From positions 1-11,310 of the forward strand of contig JBILDU010000094.1 in NCBI GenBank assembly GCA_044352465.1: a stretch of 11,310 bases of DNA. Reading direction: 5' to 3'. Positions within the stretch are counted from its first letter, which is position 1; the number at the start of each line of letters is the position of its first letter. The DNA is from Bdellovibrionota bacterium (GTDB taxonomy: Bacteria; Bdellovibrionota_C; UBA2361). The notes below the pieces were generated by a model. That model was not told the DNA's origin and searched no databases. It was given only the letters and a program-made list of their open reading frames with translations. The translations under genes and the position numbers were made by a program. Below are positions 7,120-11,310 of this stretch, one piece after another.

Positions 7120-7707
7120 CTAACTTTGGTTCCCTGTTGAGAGAGAAATGCGGGGACGAATCGGCTCAAACGTTCGCTTATCGTTCTCGGCAACGATGAC
7201 GTTGTCGCCCCATTGGTGCCCAACGATCGAGGAGTCGAAGGGGAATCGCCCTTCCTCATTCGGATCGTAGATTTCAGACGTGATGTAGAAGAGGTGAGCT
7301 TCCGAGCTCAAGACCTTGCAGCCGTGGAGTACTCCCGGGGGGATATGCACACAGACCTCGAAGGTGTCGGCCCCAAAGCGGTTCGATTCCCCCATCCGGA
7401 AGACCAGCTTCTTTCGATAGGTCGGGCTCTCCGGGCGGTTATCGAACAATACCGTTTCAACCTGTCCGATCGGGACGTACCACCAGTCCGTCTGGACATG
7501 GTGATAATGCCACGCTTTGACAACATTCTGTGTCATCCGACTATGGCTCCATTGGGCGAAACGATCGCGTGCAGTGAAGAATGGATCGGTGTAGCGAATT
7601 ATCTCGCGAAAAAATCCCCGGTCATCGCCGTACGACTTTAAGAGTTTGCATTCAACTCCGATAATAGCGTCCTGTGGTGGGGGGGCGATAGCGCTGTCGT
7701 TGGTCAT
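7120..7707 (-). CDS. rfbC: dTDP-4-dehydrorhamnose 3,5-epimerase family protein (RmlC/RfbC-like cupin)
   Basis: Motifs DDRGFFRE, QWSHSRMTQNVVKAWHYH, DNRPESPTY, HIPPGVLHG and YDPNEE. ATG at 7707 preferred over the GTG at 7734; start uncertain. Confidence 0.85.
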   Translation of the reverse strand: MTNDSAIAPPPQDAIIGVECKLLKSYGDDRGFFREIIRYTDPFFTARDRFAQWSHSRMTQNVVKAWHYHHVQTDWWYVPIGQVETVLFDNRPESPTYRKKLVFRMGESNRFGADTFEVCVHIPPGVLHGCKVLSSEAHLFYITSEIYDPNEEGRFPFDSSIVGHQWGDNVIVAENDKRTFEPIRPRISLSTGNQS

Positions 7708-7815
7708 AGTGTGATAAGATTGGACGATTCGCACCGCTCTGACAAGTCTCTCGACGGGCCGACCTGGAAGACTCTCCCCGCCAAGATCGGCATGCCTCCG
7801 CTCGTGTGCTAATAG

Positions 7816-8823
7816 TTATCGTCCGAGCGCATCGTTCCGAGCCGCCGCTCGGCTCAGTCGATCCATGAGAGCACGACCGAGGCCCGTCCGAGCGCACGGT
7901 TCGACCACAAGAAGGTCGAACCCCTCGGCGTCGAGCTCCCGAAGTGTCGCAAAAAGTGTGCGAGCCGCCTCGGCGAGTTCACCGGTTGGTGAGAGTGACC
8001 GAACCACCAAGAACAAAGTGGTGTTCTCCTCTCTACGGGGAGAGAACGAGATAAGCGCTACGCGGGGTGGATAGGTTGCTGGATCCGCCTCGCCCTCGAA
8101 CACAAGTCGGGTATGCGGCGAGTAGTGCTGTTTCAGAAGGCCGGGAGACAAGAGTGCTTCAGTCTCTCGAGCCGTGGTCGTCCCATCATCGACTTGGCCG
8201 AGGATCTCCCGCAGCTCCTCCAGCGTGATACTCCCGTGCCGCAGTACGGTCGGAGAGGGGTGTACCAGCGAGAGTATCGTCGACTCGATGCCGATTTCAC
8301 ACGGGCCACCATCGATGATGAAGGAAATCTTATCCCCCAGGCCCGTGGCGACGTGTTGAGCCGACGTGGGGCTCACATACGTCGAGATGTTTGCGCTCGG
8401 CGCAGCCACGGGAACCCCAGCGCGAGAAATAAGCTCCCGTGCAACGGGATGGGCGGGGACGCGGACTGCGATAGTTGGTAGACCGGCTGATACCGCTGGA
8501 GTGATGGTGGAGCTTCGAGGAAGGATTAATGACAACGGCCCCGGCCAGAGAGGGCGAAGTTTCTGGATCGCTTGCTCCATCGCTGAGTGGGCGGCGATCT
8601 GGGCCACCTGAAATATCTCGTCGCTCTCCGCGAGGTGAACGATCAGCGGGTTCGTTGATGGACGTCCTTTGGCGGCATATATCGCGCCTACGGCAGATGC
8701 ATCGAGAGCGTTCGCCCCGAGTCCGTAGACCGTTTCGGTCGGGAAAGCCACAAGGCTGCCGGCGCGGAGAGCTGTTGCTGCCCGTGAAATATTTTCTTCT
8801 GAAGGTGTTAAAATCTCAGCCAT
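7816..8823 (-). CDS. tsaC: L-threonylcarbamoyladenylate synthase, long Sua5-type form (YrdC domain plus SUA5 C-terminal domain)
   Basis: VAFPTETVYGLGANA, AKGRPSTNPLIVH, WPGPLSLIL, AAPSAN, GIESTI, linker SPGLLKQHYSP, C-terminal GLGRALMDRLSRAA. ATG at 8823 (alternative GTG at 8835). Confidence 0.96.
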   Translation of the reverse strand: MAEILTPSEENISRAATALRAGSLVAFPTETVYGLGANALDASAVGAIYAAKGRPSTNPLIVHLAESDEIFQVAQIAAHSAMEQAIQKLRPLWPGPLSLILPRSSTITPAVSAGLPTIAVRVPAHPVARELISRAGVPVAAPSANISTYVSPTSAQHVATGLGDKISFIIDGGPCEIGIESTILSLVHPSPTVLRHGSITLEELREILGQVDDGTTTARETEALLSPGLLKQHYSPHTRLVFEGEADPATYPPRVALISFSPRREENTTLFLVVRSLSPTGELAEAARTLFATLRELDAEGFDLLVVEPCARTGLGRALMDRLSRAAARNDALGR

Positions 8824-8870
8824 GTGAGTCGGCACAGATAAAAAATAGAACCGTCAACCGTTAGGGGTGG

Positions 8871-9059
8871 CGTGGCTTCAACATGTTCCGGCCTACAACG
8901 AGTGGGCCACCGATCGTGCCTGAACGCTCGGCTGAATCTCCAGTCAAGTCGGGCACACCGAGAGAACCGTGGGAGTCGGCGAACTGATGTTGGCTCGAGT
9001 GTGTTTGAACCATTCGCAGTCCTCGCGACGATTCAATTTCCGGACGGACGCGTGCCACG
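8871..9059 (+). ncRNA. ssrS: Candidate 6S RNA (rod-shaped ~189-nt ncRNA)
   Basis: Hand folding gives nested helices: 8871-8876/9054-9059, 8887-8891/9040-9044, 8899-8907/9019-9025, 8924-8930/8996-9002, 8941-8944/8983-8986, 8948-8952/8976-8980. A weakly paired central bubble lies at 8908-8923/9003-9018. Size and bubble position fit 6S RNA, and G-U pairs favour the + strand. No covariance search was possible. Confidence 0.5.
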
Positions 9060-9087
9060 AAAAAATCGGCGTCGTTCATGCGACGGC

Positions 9088-9534
9088 CTAGGGGCGAAAA
9101 ATCTCGTTTGCCGGGGCTTTGGCGCATCCATCGAGCGTCGTTTCAAGATGACGGGTCGCCTCGCGCGAAAGAGTTCCGCCGATGAGGTGGCCAGAGAGCT
9201 GCGAATCAAAATTAGCGATGCAGCTCCCATCAACGAACTGCGGCCCGGTTAATGCTGGCGGAGCATCGCGGAAGTCGGTTTGAGGCGACATCGTCCAGCG
9301 TTTCCCAACAAGCAAACCCAGTTCGGTATCGGCACAAAAAGGATGCTGGGACGAGACGTGGAAGCAGCTTGATTTTTCGCTTGAGCCGTAGGCAAAGCAT
9401 TCTTTGACAAGATCGGCGCACCGGTCGGAGGGCGCGAGGCCTGCTCGACCGAGGTAGTTGGTCTCAGCCGCGGCGTGGAAGCATGGCAAGGCGATTGAGC
9501 AGATCAGGACAGCCGATAAGAGCGGTGAACGCAT
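9088..9534 (-). CDS. Hypothetical exported Cys-rich protein (148 aa)
   Basis: Signal peptide MRSPLLSAVLICSIALPCFHAAA; six Cys in the predicted mature part; SD-like AAGGA upstream. Confidence 0.8.
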   Translation of the reverse strand: MRSPLLSAVLICSIALPCFHAAAETNYLGRAGLAPSDRCADLVKECFAYGSSEKSSCFHVSSQHPFCADTELGLLVGKRWTMSPQTDFRDAPPALTGPQFVDGSCIANFDSQLSGHLIGGTLSREATRHLETTLDGCAKAPANEIFRP

Positions 9535-9644
9535 AGCGCCGATTCCTTTAGCGATTACAGGGGGAAAACTATTAATCGCAACAACCGCTGGATTGTAACA
9601 TTCCCCCGCCCCCTAGCCAAATTCGACAGCTAGATGGCTCATTT

Positions 9645-10061
9645 CTATCGCTTTTCATGTTGCTGCGGATGTTCGCATAGCTCGGTCAGGACGCCCCCAG
9701 TTGATTTGGGATGAAGAAAAGCGATCCGAGTTCGGTGAGCTCCCGAGCGGGGAATCTTGTCGATGAGGTGCACACCGGCGGCGAGGAGTCGCGCAAGCTC
9801 GTGCTCGATATCGTCAACTCGGTAACACAGATGGTGAAGGCCAGGTCCACGTTTCTGAATAAACTTCGCCAAGGTGCTCTCCTCGTGAAGGGGGGCAAGG
9901 AGTTCAATCAGGGTATTAGGAAGCTTGATAAAAGCGACCTCGACACCTTGAGAACGGACTTCTTCGCGGGAATCCAGCGCGAATCCGAAGTTGTTGCGGT
10001 ATTCAAGCAACGCTTCATCAATACTACGGACAGCGATTCCGACGTGATCGAGCGGCCACAT
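9645..10061 (-). CDS. mce: Methylmalonyl-CoA epimerase (VOC superfamily)
   Basis: DHVGIAV, QGVEVAF, IELLAP, KFIQKRGPGLHHLCYRVDDI, AFLHPKSTGGVLTELCE. SD GAGGA upstream. Confidence 0.95.
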   Translation of the reverse strand: MWPLDHVGIAVRSIDEALLEYRNNFGFALDSREEVRSQGVEVAFIKLPNTLIELLAPLHEESTLAKFIQKRGPGLHHLCYRVDDIEHELARLLAAGVHLIDKIPRSGAHRTRIAFLHPKSTGGVLTELCEHPQQHEKR

Positions 10062-10527
10062 TTTTTTGTTTTCCTCGGGTAGAAATCACCCTCACGATAC
10101 AATCTCCTCTTCTGAGGAGAAAGTGGCTCGCGGCTCGTTTGGTCCCCCTTCGACACAGTCTGAGCGGAGGGGGATAGTCGCCGACGGCGCTCTCTCGACC
10201 ATATCTCACGACGAACGAAGCGAGCAGCCTGACTCGATAGGTGCGCTCAAGGTGGTTTTAAAAATTGGCCCCTGCCTGTGTGAAAAATGATGACGAGGTT
10301 TCGCCGCACAAAAGAGCAGCGTCCCCAGTGCCCTCATTTGTTATTTGAAATCAGCCCCTTATCGGTGCAGGGGCGGTGCCGGGTGTTTTCGATTGCGCTG
10401 TTCTTTAAATGATCGATTCGGTTTATACTCCCGCCGGCTTCAGTTTTCGGAGGACCCACGGGGCCTTTGCCGGAAGCGCCGTGTTCTCTCTTTTTCTGTG
10501 CACTCTCTTTTCGATTAGGCTTTTTCA

Positions 10528-11310
10528 ATGAGCGATCGGTTCGGACCTCAGCCGTCGAGAAAAGATCCCTCCGACTGGGGGGCGGCTCACTTCTCCCATT
10601 CGAGGCCGGTTGATGAGAACCTTTTAAGCTCAGTGGCGAGCCTTTCGGCGCTTAACCCGAGTTATCGAACATTAATCGGCGTGCTCGACGGAATGGGGCA
10701 CTCCGCCCCGAACGCCTCGCTTGCGCGGCTTTGGGAGTGGTTTGCAACCGCGCCGCATCACCGCGAGGTGGCGCGATTCCCGAGCGATCGGGATTTGCAG
10801 GATCTGGCAAAACGCCTCGATGCTCGAATAACTTTATTTCGTGAGGGGAGGGAGACGCACGTTGTCTACACCTTTCAGATTCAGCCACTCGATTCCAACT
10901 ACCGTGGCATGGTGTTCTCCTTCAGTAGCCGCACCGATTTGTTGAGCCCGACACCTCGGCCGTCCTCCTCTGAGTTGAGTATCCAGGCGCTCCCAAGCCT
11001 CGCACCGGAGATGCAGATTCTGGCTTTTCGTGAGGCACTTCGACTTCTCGGGGTTACCCGGGCCGGTCAGGTGGAGCGGGAGGGGACGGTGAGTTTTGGC
11101 CGTCCCTCAGCGGATACCGGTCTCGATAGAATAAACTTCATGCGACGTAGTGTGGGGTATTTGGCCGATTTGGGGGAGCAGTTTCGCCTTGGTCAAATGA
11201 CCCAGTGCATCATGTGCGAAGGGATCGGAAAGAGCGACTTCGAGTATGTGCTTAAGCTCGGGAGTCGGGAGTTTCAGCGGGAGATGTTGCAGCGGCTCTG
11301 GGATCGATGG
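10528..11310 (+). CDS. Hypothetical protein, partial (runs off right edge)
   Basis: Not in the ORF track. Manual translation gives 261 open codons from ATG 10528 (in-frame TAG at 10516-10518): MSDRFGPQPSRKDPSDWG...LARLWEWFATAPHH...HVVYTFQIQPLDSNYRGMVFSF...QCIMCEGIGKSDFEYVLKLG...LWDRW. No family recognised and no clear SD. Confidence 0.75.
   Translation, partial: MSDRFGPQPSRKDPSDWGAAHFSHSRPVDENLLSSVASLSALNPSYRTLIGVLDGMGHSAPNASLARLWEWFATAPHHREVARFPSDRDLQDLAKRLDARITLFREGRETHVVYTFQIQPLDSNYRGMVFSFSSRTDLLSPTPRPSSSELSIQALPSLAPEMQILAFREALRLLGVTRAGQVEREGTVSFGRPSADTGLDRINFMRRSVGYLADLGEQFRLGQMTQCIMCEGIGKSDFEYVLKLGSREFQREMLQRLWDRW

Noticed and set aside
8861..9252. ORFs 8861..9127, 8872..9252 and 9033..9233; also SRP RNA, tmRNA or tRNA identity for the structured element
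   Set aside because: The ORFs overlap the exported-protein gene and look non-coding. There is no SRP GGAAGGAAGCAG core, tRNA T-loop or CCA end.
10062..10527. Cobalamin riboswitch upstream of mce
   Set aside because: Functionally plausible, but the minus strand lacks the ordered B12-box elements (AGGGAA, CCC..ACTGT, GCCACTG, GGGAAG, AGYCAGRA).
10334..10888. Minus-strand ORFs 10334..10528 and 10652..10888
   Set aside because: Short and without motifs. The first has a TTG start head-to-head with the plus-strand ORF; the second is antisense to it.

Overview
Mostly ordinary chromosomal DNA from a moderately GC-rich bacterium; the taxon cannot be determined from this window. Minus-strand genes, right to left: methylmalonyl-CoA epimerase (mce), a Cys-rich exported hypothetical protein, Sua5/TsaC, an RmlC/RfbC-type epimerase, a 101-aa hypothetical, a GH63/MGH1-like glucosidase coupled to a NUDIX hydrolase, and a large ORF missing from the ORF track that runs off the left edge (1131..<1). 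Plus strand: a secreted HAF-like beta-propeller protein followed by a bidirectional terminator, and another ORF missing from the track that runs off the right edge (10528..>11310). The points of most interest are a ~189-nt rod-shaped 6S-like RNA candidate (8871-9059), four degenerate KH-like modules in the left-edge protein with a perfect 3x16-bp tandem repeat upstream, and a ~300-nt structured leader with alternative pairings and a T10 tract before the beta-propeller gene. I saw no CRISPR array, tRNA, rRNA, transposase, integrase or recognisable defence system. All structures and translations outside the ORF track were worked out by hand.
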